A DNA stretch of 64,000 nucleotides from the human T2T-CHM13v2.0 reference genome, Homo sapiens. A program made the translations under genes and the position numbers. Below the pieces are notes generated by a model. It saw only the letters and a list, made by a program, of their open reading frames with translations, was not told the DNA's origin and searched no databases. Positions within the stretch are counted from its first letter, which is position 1; every line of letters begins with the position of its first letter. Below, piece after piece: positions 29,603 through 43,264 of this stretch. The DNA is taken from NCBI RefSeq assembly GCF_009914755.1, contig NC_060928.1; one strand, written 5' to 3'.

Positions 29603-31084
29603 CCATTCTCTCTTTTGATGGGAAAGGTTTTCTCTTCATTGGAAAGTGGAAAGTCTCATAGGACTAAAAGGATATATATATGTCTTCACATCTAGCAGCT
29701 ATTTCAATGATAGCATAAGAGACACAAGAGGAAACAAAACATCTTCGGTTTCCCTGGAGCAAATTTCAAATGGACATGTAAGGACAACAGCCACCAAAGT
29801 TTCCTCAGATTTGCAGTGACAGAATGATAGGATACAATTAGCAATGGTGATGAGGTTGCTTCTAAAGAGCTAAGCAGAGCATATTTGCTTTTCCTGTTGA
29901 TGTGTCATTATTTTAAAAAAATTTATCAACCTCTACGACAGAATCACCATAGGCTCACTCTTTAGTCCATTTCCTTTTATCTTTTGGGGTTGTCCCAGGT
30001 TACTAGTTACTTGTCAAGTAAATCACGTTCTGTATTTCTCACCATCAGTTGTCTAAGTCCCATGTTGGAAAGGATCTCCCTAATTTTATTTTCTGGATAT
30101 CAAAGGCTGTCACTCATCTCTCAATGGCAGCGACAAGTTTTGAGGATATATAGTAGTAGCTAGATTTTAAGGCAAAAACCTTTATCCAAGCATGTGTTTG
30201 TTTTGCAACATAATACTTGCTGTACTTTATTTATTAGATTTCTTCATTATGTAAGACATTTTAATTACAAAGCTATCATAGATTACATTAGCTATGGCTC
30301 TTCTTCTTACGGTTAAAAATAACGTGCATGACGCAGCTGGCTTTATAGAAGCTGTATCTGGGCAGATAACTGTGAGTGTGTCACTGTCGATGCAAACTAG
30401 GAAAGATAAATACTGCTGCTAATCATTGGAACCCGCTGTGTAGCTATTATAGTTTGTTCAAGTTAAAACAGTGGCGATGAGTCAGACTGTTTCTCCCTCC
30501 GGCTTTAGAAAACTCGTATATTTAACCAAGATAGATTTACACGTGAGGTTGTGCGTGACGAGGTTGCTACGAATGCCTCATCCAGGACTAAGTTCCAAGA
30601 CAGGGCACTGGAAAGCACGAGATACAAGCAAAAGTAGGTTGCACAAGTTCTCTTCCTCAAGAGCCTCCTCTCTCCAAAGCTTTTCTGCTGTTTATTCCAC
30701 ATGTTGGTCTTTGTTTCCAGGGGAAATTGATTGATGACTGGCTTCAAACAACGTGCACAATTTATGGATATGGAAAATGCATGTACTATCTACACACGCT
30801 GGTTCTTTATAGATGGTCTTTAGGGCAAGTCTGAGATGCCTGGATAATGTACAAACCAGCATTAACAAATCTCTGCAGAGAAGACACTACCTATCTCTTC
30901 CTCTTGAGATTAGATAAAAAGCAACCTTTTAAATGCCTGCTTTAAAGACCATGACTGCACACTTTATATTTTCCCTTTGGTTGTCCCTAATAGTGAATGT
31001 CCTGAGCTAGTCTTTAATACAAACTTCAGATATAAAGCCCCAACCCTGGAAGAAACCAGTGGCACTATTCTTCAAAATAGCACT

Positions 31085-31570
31085 TATGGAATTTTTTTTT
31101 CCAGGCTACAAAAGTAATAACTGTTCATTGCAGAAATACTGTTAAAAACAGAAAAGTAGGAAGAGAAAATAAAAGTCACCCATGATCTGCCCATTGAGAA
31201 ATTACTCACCATACCCTCTCATTCTTTTTTCCTGGGAATTCATAGTTTCATAAGATTAGATCATATATATATATATATATATATATGATATATACATATA
31301 TCGTGTGTGTGTGTTTGTGTATAATATGACCTGCAGGTGTTCATTTAGTATATCATAACCATTTTCTCTCATATTACAACATATTACCCTGAAATAGACT
31401 TTTTGATAGCTATATGGTATTACATTCTATGAATGTACCATAATTTTCTAAACCAGCCCCCTATTGTTGAACATATAGATTGTTTTCAATATTTACTATT
31501 ATAAATCCTAAGATCATGCACATCCTTGTACATAAGAACCATCTTTGCATTCTTGGCTACGTGTATCAAT
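31085..31570 (-). mobile_element. Old L1ME 3' fragment with (TA)n(TG)n tract
   Basis: ATGAATGTACCATAATTT...CCCCTATTGTTGAACATATAGATTGTTTTCAA; microsatellite at 31263-31320. Confidence 0.7.
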
Positions 31571-31705
31571 TATTTAATATACCATTGAATTAAATTTGTC
31601 AGCACTATATTTTATTTATAATTTTTTCATCTATTAGTGGGCTTTTTCTAAAACCTGTAAGAAATGCATGCAAGCAAAAATCACTGTGTCCCATGTTAAA
31701 GAGAG

Positions 31706-32010
31706 GGCCAGGTGTGGTGGTTCACACCTGTAATCCCAGCACTTTGGGAGGCCGAGGTGGGTGGATCACTTGAGGCCAGGAGTTCAAGACAAGCCTGGCC
31801 AACATGGTGAAACACCGCCTCTACTAACAATACAAAAATTAGCCAGGTGCAGTGGTGGGCACCTGTAATCCCAGCTACTCAGGGGACTGAGGCAGGAGAA
31901 TCAGTTGAACCCAGGAGGCAGAGGCTGCAGTGAACTGAGATCGCACCACTGCACACTCCAGCCTGGGTGACCGAGTGAGACTTGGTCTAAAACAAACAAA
32001 CAAACAAAAC
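31706..32010 (+). mobile_element. AluS (Sx/Sz-like), full length
   Basis: Alu dimer with (AAAC)n tail; short TSD AAGAGAG. Confidence 0.95.
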
Positions 32011-32439
32011 AAGAGAGAGAATTGTCTTGGGAAAGGCAATCAGAATCAGCAGCAGCTGATGCTATATGGGAACAGCCTTGGTACCACGGCTATTTAATAC
32101 TGGGTTTGCTACAGGTCCTCTGAAGAATGCAAAACCAAAGTTATTCAATTGGCGTTGGAATTAGAGCAACTGTTCTATTATTGTGTGCAAACTTCTGCTA
32201 TAAATAACCTGACAGTATCCATCTGCATGGGATGCAAAAAAACAAGAAACATGCAAAGTAAAGACCAAAATAGACCTGGGGTTCATCTGGTATACCCTTT
32301 CCATGGGGCCCCAAACAGATGGTGCAAATTCCCAAGATATACCTGCCTAATGGCATTGTCCTATCTCAGAGCGGGGGAATGAGGGGATTCCTTTCAGCAA
32401 ATGGCCTAGCCAGAAAGGAAAGGGAAGTGAGTCACTGAG

Positions 32440-32545
32440 ATTCATCATTTTATTCAACAAATAATTATTTGGGCACTAGACATGTTCCAGGCACTGTTCT
32501 AGACCCTAGGAATACAACAGTAAGCAAGAAAGACAAATTCCCTGA
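32440..32545 (-). mobile_element. L2 3' end
   Basis: TTCAACAAATAATTATTTGGGCACTAGACATGTTCCAGGCACTGTTCTAG. Confidence 0.8.
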
Positions 32546-34169
32546 ACACAGTGAATGGCCCAGAAATGGCTACTATTTTCCAGCACTATTTTGTCTGTTT
32601 TTCCTTCCCTATCCCCATCTAGACTTTTTCTTTTCTCCCAATTGCATTACTCATGCCAAGTGGCCTGCCTTCTACTGACTTCTTTCCCTAGGCCATTTTG
32701 CAACAGACAGTCAAAGTTCAGGAACCTGCAAAGTCTTCAGTTTCATTCCTCACCCACTAGCTGCCCTGGAGGTCAGGAGCTATGAGCTTTTCACCTTTGG
32801 TGCCCAGTGTGATGCCCAGCATCCAGAAAGTGTTCAATAAACAATAAACTGAAGAAGGTTTTAGACTTTTAAAGAAAGGGACCCACCATCTCTGAAGAAG
32901 CTCTGCAGAAACTGGCATTGTCTCCTCTCCCTGATCTCTTCCCAGAAGGCTAGAAAATCTAATAAAAATCTCCTTAGGAGGTCTGGTGGAGAATATAATG
33001 TGTCATTTCAGGTAGACACTGAAGCATATTTACTATAGATTAAACTTGGAGGGGCTCTTTCTTATGGGCCTCGCTAGCATTTGTCAACTGTGAGCATAGA
33101 GATGGAGATATATATAGACAGACAGGTAGATATATATAGATAGGCCGGTACATAGAGATAGATGGATGATAGAGGAAGTGGAAACTGGCAGGGAACACCA
33201 TGTGTCACCGGCAGAAAAGAGATGAAAGATGAAAAGTAAGACTGATTATAGCCCAAAGCACCAAAGTTCTGAGTGATCCACAAAGAGGTGAGACTCATCC
33301 AGAGACCCAGGAATTAGCAGTATCCAGTAGACAGAGCAGGGCTTTAAAGGTTTTTAAAAAGCAAGGGTGCCTCACTTTTATTGCTTGCAGCTAGGGAGAA
33401 AAAAAGCAGGATGGCTTGTGAATGCTTTCAGTTAAGGGAAATAAAGACATACACCCATATGCACAGAGATTTGAGTCACACTCACCAAAACATAACGGTG
33501 GCTTCAGGTCACCCACTTCCAACCAAATCTAAGCCCCGGATAAGTCTCAGGATATGTCCCCTACAAGAACGTTGCCTCAATTCCTGCAAGAAAAAGAGAG
33601 CAGATCCAAGATCCTTCTAGAGGGTGGGTCCCAGAGCTTTGCAAGAAAGGTTTGGAGAATGATGACTTTGAAGATGGGGGCTCTGCCCTTCTTTATCCAC
33701 AGCCTGAGCTCGGCATGCTATTTTTCCTTAAAGGCCCTGCAGTGAGAAGGTGCTATGGGTGGGAATGAAGCTACTACTGGAGGTCCTAAAAGGTAAATAA
33801 AGATGATGGAAAAATGGGGGTGGACCCAACAGTCCATAGGCTTGGTCCAACATCTCTGAGCTTCCTGACAAGTCTTGACTCACAAGAAAAGAAGCCAAGT
33901 AACTGATAATAAGCTCAATTCTGAATGTGGTCCTTAATCCAGCCCAACCATCAGTGCCAAGAGGGTTAAAATCAAGTAGAAAACTTACCACCTTCCAGAA
34001 ATAGAAGAAACAAAAAACACATTGCAAGAAACATCCAGTTAAGTTTGCCTCTTCTTGTAAAAAGGCTTGATATGGGTTCTTGGCTACTCCTGCTTTCCCA
34101 TCCTCCTTTTATAAAGTCCACTTCCAAATATTCTGTGTTAGACACAGTTGGACTAAGAGTCAGGGGGAA

Positions 34170-34433
34170 GGACCAGGAATGGTGGCTCATGCCAGTAATC
34201 TCAGCGATTCGGGAGGGCAAGGAAGGAGGATCATTTGAAGCCAGGAGTTTGAGACCAGTCTGGGAAACATAGCGAGACCCCGTCCCTACTAAAAATTTCA
34301 AAATTAGCCAGGTGTGGCAACACATGCCTATAGTTCCAGCTATTTGGGAGGCTGAGGTGGGAGGATCATTTGAACCAAGCAGTGGAGATTGAGTCACTGC
34401 ACTCTAGTCTGAGTGACAAAGCAAGACCTTGTC

Positions 34434-34465
<32 letters not shown>
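34170..34465 (+). mobile_element. AluJ, full length
   Basis: Diverged dimer with GGAGGATCATTTGA in both arms and a long A tail. Confidence 0.92.
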
Positions 34466-34466
<1 letters not shown>

Positions 34467-35161
34467 GGTCAAGGGATGTGGAATAAAATATGTCCCAAAC
34501 ATCTTCCCAGTAATTTTTATTCCTAGGAAACTCTATGGCCAACACGGAGTCCATGTAAATAAAGCTCATGCCAGGGGGAAAGTTCCCCTTTGGAAGCCGA
34601 GTTCCCTTTCTCTCTCCCTGAGATTAATAGGAGCCATGCCCTGATAACTAGAGAAGAATAAGCTACTAAATGAGCCCAGAGAGACAGACACAAAATGGTT
34701 ATTTAATGTGAGCTGTTGTCACCATGTGCAGAAGACATCAGAACCCATTTCCATTCACCCCCTGCACAAACACTATTTCAATGGCCTTATTGTGGGGAAT
34801 CACCGCAAGTGTCAATCCTGCCATTTCACCTCTGAAATTAACAAGGCTTTCTGGAGGCTGCCTCCCCTCACCTGTCAAAACCATAACTCTGCTGAGCACA
34901 AAGCCCTTCCAAGGTGGGAAAGCTATGATGTCAGACCCAGGCCCGTTCAGCTCAATGAATACTGGGGTATGCTGTCAGGTCTAAATATATTCTTTTATGA
35001 AAATAGCTTCATCCTTTCCTTGGCAAGTAGATATTGGCCTATATTTTTAATCCGTGTGTGGGTGTGTATACAGCATGGTTATGCAGTCGTTTCCTCTCTC
35101 AAGGGTGAGCCTGGGAACAGCGTGACTCTGCGTGTGAAGGCAGAATCCGATCTATGTCCCC

Positions 35162-35509
35162 AGGTCTGTTCCACACGGGTATTTGAGTGAGCTCTCACAT
35201 GGGCTTCTGTTGCTGGGCTCCTGTGAAATATCTGGCCTTGAACTAGGGACTCTGAGATTGACTTTGTGAGTTTCAGTCAATTCTGGCTTGCAAGTAGCTC
35301 ACCTACTCACGGAAAATGAGGAAGAGAGGAGGATATACTCACTACCCACAGGGTTAAACTGGGATGACTTTCCTGAAGGAAATGATACACTGATCTGTAG
35401 TATAAGATTTGTGAATGTGATTAAAGATTTATTGATCGAGTGCTAGGTGTATTCATGCTAGGTCTGTTCCACACGGGTATTTGAGTGAGCTCTCACATGG
35501 GCTTCTGTT
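35162..35509 (+). repeat. Perfect 50-bp direct repeat (35162-35211 and 35460-35509)
   Basis: AGGTCTGTTCCACACGGGTATTTGAGTGAGCTCTCACATGGGCTTCTGTT occurs twice, identical. Confidence 0.95.
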
Positions 35510-35680
35510 TAATCCTCATTTAATCCTCACACAGCAACCCTGGGAGGTAGGTTATTACAAGTTCCATCTTTGTAGATGGGAGAGCTCAAGCTCAGAGAGG
35601 CTACATGCCTTGCTCAGAGTCACCCAGATAGTAGATGGCTTCACTGGAACTCAAGTCCAGGACTCCAACTCCTGTTCTCA
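35425..35680 (-). mobile_element. MIR (contains the second 50-bp copy)
   Basis: TTTAATCCTCACACAGCAACCCTGGGAGGTAGG...GTAGATGGGAG...GCTCAGAGAGG...GTCACCCAG. Confidence 0.8.
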
Positions 35681-37124
35681 GTAGTACTGGTCATTGACTA
35701 ATGCACAGCCCAGCCATGCAGTGTCCGAGAGCTTCCGCTGGTGAAAAGGAGGCAAGCTGGTCTCAAGGATGAGGCTGGCACGGGGCAATGGCTGGCGGAA
35801 ACCAACCCGGGCAGATGGTAAATCACTTTTTCTTAGGAAGACACCAGCAGTCTCCTACATGGAGTACAATTCAGGATCCCACAATGTCCAAGGTAGTCAA
35901 TATAGAACCCACTGTGAATACTTCTAGATGCTGATGGTTCTCCATGAACAATGGGACTATGGTCCTCTGCAAGCAGCAGTTGGGGGTGTCCATTCAAGCT
36001 AAGCACAAAGGGTATCAGAAGTCCCCAGAGCTTGGGGAAAGGAGGATTCAGGAACAAGGTGAGAGGATGGGCTTCTCAGCCCAAGGGCTGGAGCTCACAT
36101 AGGCTCAATTTCCCACGTGCAGATGGAGGAAAAACCACGCTCCATGGAATTCAGCCCCAGGCTCTTGTTTATTTCTTTTTCAGACCCACTGCAACCTACC
36201 TGTGTTGGGCATGCGAAGTAGCAGCAGACAACATGCCAGCTCTGGCTAACCGCTCCTGACCACTCCCCAGGTGTATCTCACCCATTGCTCCCTGCATTGT
36301 CCTCCTGAATCCACACTCCTGGTTTCAGTGGCTGCCTTAGGCCCCTTTGCCTCAGAAGCCACTGGACTCCCCTCTTCTCCTTCCTGAGCCATAGATTCCC
36401 CACCTGGTTCTTGCTCTGCTGCAACTCCTGACCTCAGTCTCCTGTTGTCATCAACCATTTCAAACTGGAATGCCAAAATGGGAAAGAGTGAATTATTTTC
36501 CTGGCCTGACCCAAAATATCAAACCTAGAACTGCAGTCAGTGGGAATATCTATGGTTCCATGTCCAGTGGGAAATTCTCTGGAATTATCTGATGGGCTTT
36601 AGAGTAACTAAGGGAGTTAATAACTAAAAGAGTTCTAGCAGGCTTAAATGTTTGAAAGGACAGAGTGGAATATTGCAGCTTACAATGCATGCCCCAACTT
36701 CAGGGACAAAGTAAAGTGACATGATGGATGTATTTTTATAGGCAGTTAGGTTGAATTTGATTTAATGAAGTTTGAGGGGAAGGAGCACAATGTCATTGCT
36801 TGAGTTTTGGTTCAAGTATGAGATATGTAAATGCTTGATTTGATAATGCTTCCTATGATTTTGTTCTTCTTGACTCGTTGTACTGAAAACCACCGCTAAA
36901 CCAAAGGAGTGAGACGCACTGAAGGGAGATGGGGAGTCCCCAGTCACAGTGAAGTGGGCTTGATTTACAGATGCTGCTGGGCAAGAAGCCTGGAAGAGCT
37001 GCAGATGTCAGCAAGCCCCTCCTGGAGAGATCCCAGAGAACCGAGGCACAGAAACACCCCTACCGGAGAGGTTGCCCCTGCATGTTCTGTAATGAGACGA
37101 TGATCAGGGAAATAATACGCAGGG

Positions 37125-37690
<566 letters not shown>

Positions 37691-37694
37691 TTAC

Positions 37695-37727
37695 CTGGTC
37701 CTGTCTACACTGAGCTCTCACTCCTTT
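37695..37727 (-). other. Candidate 33-nt exon (unverified)
   Basis: Minus strand tctctgttcttacattccag|AAAGGAGTGAGAGCTCAGTGTAGACAGGACCAG|gtaagt. Confidence 0.35.
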
Positions 37728-38139
37728 CTGGAATGTAAGAACAGAGATTGGTTTGCCCTGGGACTTCCTGCTGGTTTTTTTCTACCACCCTTGAGGGCCT
37801 GCCCCTTGGCGACAGCAGGCATGGGCAGGGGTTTCTATGCTACACAGAGCTGTGTGTGAGAGCCTACTTAGAGCTAAAGGGAAAAAAGATGCCCTACCCA
37901 TAGGAAACTCACAGTTTAGTTTCCCAGAATTTTCTTTTATGGTCTTTTCCTTCCAGAATCATTTTATAATATCTTCCCCAATATTTCTGTAAGGAGTTTA
38001 GTTGCCGTGGCATCAAGTCTATACATCAATCTGGGCAGAATGAACAACTTTTCAACACCCAGTTGTCTGATCTAAGGGCAAGGTGCCTGGCCACTACTCC
38101 TCAGGTTTTCTTTTCCCTTTTATAAAGTCTGTAATTTTT

Positions 38140-38515
<376 letters not shown>

Positions 38516-39710
38516 TTATTTAATTCATTCAACAAGGAATTTAGTAGTCATGAGAAATATGCCTTCTGTCTTTGCCTTCAGGTTAATAGGGAAGATACAA
38601 ACTTAAGCAGTAATTGGTCATTCCAACGAACAAGTTAAGTATGGGCTTCTCTGGAAAACATACCCTGAGGGGCCCTCAGCAGTCCAAGAAGTCTGTGGGT
38701 GGAAGCCCTTTCTGAGGACACAGTGTCTCCAGTTTCATCTGAGTAATAGGTAGGAGAACAAAGGCAGTGCCAGGCCTGACACTTTTGCTTGTTTGTCTCT
38801 TATATTTTTCCTAACTGAATAATCCAAGTACACAGGGATACTATTGACTTTTGTAATGCTTTATTTTACCTGGATTTTGTATGAAATGACTTTATTAATT
38901 CTAATTGCTTTTTAGTTAATTCCTTTGGGTTTTCCAGGTTAAAAAAAATCATAACTATATACAAACATAATCTTTTTGAAGGTGATTTATAATTTTAATT
39001 TTTTCTGCCCCTTGGGGCAAGAATTTGAAAAGTTTATTTTTTGCTGAATGATGTGGCATTTCCTTCCATTTATCCTAAGTGCACCTCAGTGAAACCTCAT
39101 GTGTTACCCATGAGTTCTGGTGTTCCATAATGTGGTAAGCAGGCCCTTGTTCACCCTTATACCTTTCATGGAATAATTCACTCACAAACCAAAAGCAAAG
39201 CACATGTTATGAATAAGCTGGAAGTCTCCCCCTTCTTTTTTCATCAGGAGAATCCAAAAGAATATAATCCAAGTGGGTGCCATCCCTCCTGGGTACCATT
39301 GAGAGAGCCATTTGATTGTCAATGTGTGACTCTTGTAATGTAACACAATAGGAGATTCAAGGAAAAGCCAAATGCTTCTTAGCACAATAATGTCAGGGGC
39401 TAATGTTAGGAAAAGGGCAAGAACAAAGCTTTCCTAATAGGGGCAATACTGTTCCTTCATCCAAGTTAAGACTGTGTCATCTCCAAGACAAGTTAGACCT
39501 TGCCTAGGTGAGATGTGTTTACCTCTTAGGTAAACTAGGGAAGAAGCAGCCACTGCAGATAGAATTAGCATTGCACATCCTCCATCATTCTCACTCATGC
39601 TGCAACATCCCTGGAGTTACCTTAAATCAGAACTTCTTAATACAGCATATAAAACATTGTCTTTAATTATTTGATCACTCTGAGTTGAAATTTTTATTTT
39701 TCTTTACTTC

Positions 39711-40009
39711 TTTTTTTTTTTTTTTTTTGAGTCAGGCTCTTGCTCTGTCATCCAGGCCGAAGTGCAATGCTGCAATCATGGTTCACTGCAGCCTCCACCT
39801 CTCGGGCTCAAGCGATCCTCTTGCCTCAGGCTCCTAAGCAGCTGAAACTACAGGCACATGCCACCACACCCAGCTAGTGTTTGTATTTTTTGTAGAGACG
39901 GGGTTTCACCATGTTGTCCAGGCTGATCTCAAACTCCTGGGCTCAACAATCTGCCTGCCTCAGCCACCCAAAGTGGTGGGATTACAGGCATGAACCATAC
40001 TGCCCGGCC
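39711..40009 (-). mobile_element. AluJ (Jb-like), full length
   Basis: Poly-T then antisense dimer with GGGCTCAAGCGATCCTC and CTCCTGGGCTCAA. Confidence 0.93.
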
Positions 40010-40119
40010 TAGGAGATTTTTCTTATTTGCAGCCCAAAGCACCCTGACAGATAGAGGAGGTAAGGGACTTGCCTGAGGTCACACAGCTAGTAAGCCATAG
40101 AGCATAGATAAAATTCAAT

Positions 40120-40186
40120 GTTTGTGGGATGACAAATGTCCAGTTCCATCTATCTCTTGTGGGATGACAAATGTCATCCCACAAAC
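40120..40186. repeat. Palindrome with a 19-bp direct repeat
   Basis: TTGTGGGATGACA-AA-TGTCATCCCACAA (40157-40184); TTGTGGGATGACAAATGTC at 40122 and 40157. Confidence 0.92.
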
Positions 40187-42504
40187 TTTCTATTCTGCTA
40201 CGATGTACAACAACATGAAGAGTGATTTCACAGATTTCCTTAGATCCTTCCCCACAGAAGCATCTCTCTGTTAGTCAGGCATCTGTCAACATTCTAATAC
40301 TAAAACAAGATTCCATGAAAATTATTTTTTTAAAAATGCAAAACAAATCTTCTTTTCTCCCCTCACAGTGTTTTTCCTCTCGGAAGCATCACAACTGCTT
40401 CTTATTCTGTGCTTAGTGTCAAGATAACAGGATTTAATTACCAAATTTATAAACCACCAGTATGGCATAAATGCATTGGCCTCAAATAAAATGAATGCAG
40501 TTATTAAAAAAAGAAAAGAAATGCTGCATCAATACAGTGACAGCGGACACAGAGATGGCAGTTTTATTTACTTTATCTCTTGCAGGAAGCAGTTAAGCCA
40601 TTTCAAAGAGATTATTGGGTTTTAATGACCCAGGACATTAAAAGACGTCTCTCCCAGCAACATTGACACTGTACCTCAGGTGCAGGAGGTTATAAATCCA
40701 CGAAATAATGGCCTATTTTGGCAACCCCTCCCCACTTGCTCCCAACAGTGGACCCGATCATGACCTTTCTTCAGTTAGCAAGGGCCACTGGCTGGGGGTG
40801 TCACTGGAGAATTCTCTGTGTCCTCTCAATAGGCCTGGGGGAGCTTTCTAGATTGGGACTCAGCAGCAGCTTTTAGGATCCACAATGAAAACCACCGGTG
40901 GGGCAGTGCTCTGTCTCCAAATGACAGGAGGAGAAGGAAAAGAAAGAACAGGAAAGAGGAGAAAAGGTAAGAAAAAAAAGCAAGGAAAAGAGACCACCAA
41001 GTGCGGTGCTCAAGAATTCTACCAACAAAGCCCAGCAGCCACCATTCCAGGGCCTCGAATGGTCTTACCGAGTCCAAGTTCCAAGGACCAGAGTCTCCTC
41101 TGGTTCCCCTGGAGCGGATGGGCATCTAGAGATCAGGTCAGAAGTGGATCCTGAACTTGCCCATCGGATTTCCTAGGGCTCTAAGAGAATCACTGGCAGA
41201 GAACACATTGTCTTCACCAAAGCAGCTTCCCTTTGATTTGTTTTATACTTTAGACTTTCATAAAATATTTCATTTGAAGAGAAGGGTCCATACTTTTTAA
41301 AAAGTTTGAAAACTAGAGATGTAGGTCGTCATCTTTGTTTTTCAAAGACTGATGACCACAGGGAGGAAGTTAAGGTCGGGAGAAGAGATAGATGGAACTG
41401 GAACAGGTCGCCACCATTCCCAGGCAGCTCCTGGATTCTTCTTGATGGAATGCCAGCACTTGAACGGGTGTTTTTTTGAGATTCTAACCTCTCCAGTGAC
41501 AACCATGCTATCCAGTAGCTACGCCCTGTCCAGGCAAACAAGAAAACATAGAAGTGATCTCCTCTCCTCTTTCCAGGTGCTCTCTCTTGGATTCACAAAA
41601 TAAAGATCCAGTCATTCACATGGTATTTCCAATACTCTGCCATTAATTTGCTATTCCCAATACAGTGAGAATTGGCCAGGTCTTTTAATGCTTCACAGGC
41701 TCCTGAAGTTCTGTGCAAGAACCCTCCTCTAGAGCTGTTTCCTTGGGAATATGAAAAAAAATCACAACTTTGTTAACCAATTTCCTAATCATATTTCCCC
41801 TCCCTAGGCATATTGGTGCAAGGCTGAGTTTTGCAGAGAGATTTCTGGACTTTTCTGCTGAATACATTTGGATAAGGTCATGGCCGTTAGAACTGGCTGT
41901 CTATCATCTCTCGTGGGGCCTTGGTTCTTTGTCATGGGGAAACTCATAGACCATCTAACTCAGAGAGCCCATCCAGAAATTGCATTTCTCTGGGAAGTCA
42001 GGGACCCAGCCTCTGGGCTGCTGAAAGTACTCAGCCCAGGGCAGGCCTAAGGGAGAGCAGGTGTGGGCAGGTTGCATGAGGATAATATGGAATGAGGAGA
42101 AATGTGTTTTGGAGCTTGTGGGTGAGGAGAAAATGGTGCTTTTGTCTCAGAGGCACTGAGACACCTGGGAGTGGGGCTGGGGTGCGGGTGGTGGGGTGAG
42201 GTAACTGCAGTAGAAAAGAGAGATTGGCGTGGGCATCCCTACGGATGCAGGAGACCCAGGAAAAATTCAAGGCATCATATTGACAAGGAAAGCCAAAAGA
42301 AATAAAGACCATTACTGGCTGCATTATTAAGCACACACCCAAATAGTGCTCACAGTGCAGATACCGAGACAGGCAGATTCTAGGATTCATATGTCAAGCC
42401 CATTCACTTCCTACAGAAGAAAAATAAAAGACAACCTGGTTGGGGGGGAAATCCTCATAGAGAGGTGGCCCCACAGCAGGCAGCTGCCGGTGGTCTGGAT
42501 CACA

Positions 42505-42700
42505 CTTTGTCTCCCAGCATAACAGTTGAGCTATCTGGGGAAAATTCCTTAGCCCCTCTAAGCCTCAGTTCCCACAGCTAGCAAATGGGGGTAATGGTCA
42601 TAACCCTTCCTCTCAGAGTGTGAAGATGGAAAGAGAGTCTGCATTTCAGCACTTAGCACAGTGCCCAGCACACGCAACAAGAGGTAGCTGTCATCAACAT
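42505..42700 (+). mobile_element. MIR
   Basis: CCTCTAAGCCTCAGTTCCC...AAATGGGGGTAATG...GCACTTAGCACAGTGCCCAGCAC. Confidence 0.8.
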
Positions 42701-43264
42701 TAAGCTGTTATTCACGCCCTCAGGAGGACTCTGGACCCAGCCAGGGCCAAGGTAGAGAACCTCAAGGGGGAATCCTCTTCCCTATCAGTGGCTCAGCAAA
42801 GACCACTCTGAGGAACCCATCACGTTTTGGGGATAGGGCGAGTTGTTTGGTCTAAACAGCTTGGGAAGAAGAGACCCAGGAAAGGAGCGCCATCCTGAAA
42901 TCTTTGATGAGCTCTCAGAGAGAAGAGGGGGTTTCAGGCTTTCCTACCCCAGAGGACAGATTTGAGTCCATTGGCAAGGGTGGAGCTCAGAGGCGGCCCA
43001 AGGAAGTCCTTCCTCCTAATGAGAGTTGGTGAAGAACAGAAGTTGCTGTCTGGAAAGGCTCTGAGTTCCCTTCTCAAAGGCCCTTTACCATAATTATAAT
43101 GTGTGTGTCACAAACAACCCTCAGGAGAACAGAGCTAGAGAACCTTTGCCTCAGGAAATGTTCAAGCTGAAGCTGGATGATCAAATGCTGGTGAGGGGCG
43201 CCTGGCACTGTGCAAAGCTGAGACCAGGCAGCCCACTCGTGGGTTAGGACTATCTACAGCTCCG

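Noticed and set aside
33972-34397. Alu-overlapping ORFs (also 2479-2829, 14611-14880, 37241-37573, 38231-38476)
   Set aside because: Translations of Alu sequence (e.g. [16 protein letters not shown] motifs)
35162-35509. Direct repeat as a possible CRISPR array or LTR pair
   Set aside because: Only two copies, human DNA, no cas genes, no TG...CA termini or internal retroviral sequence
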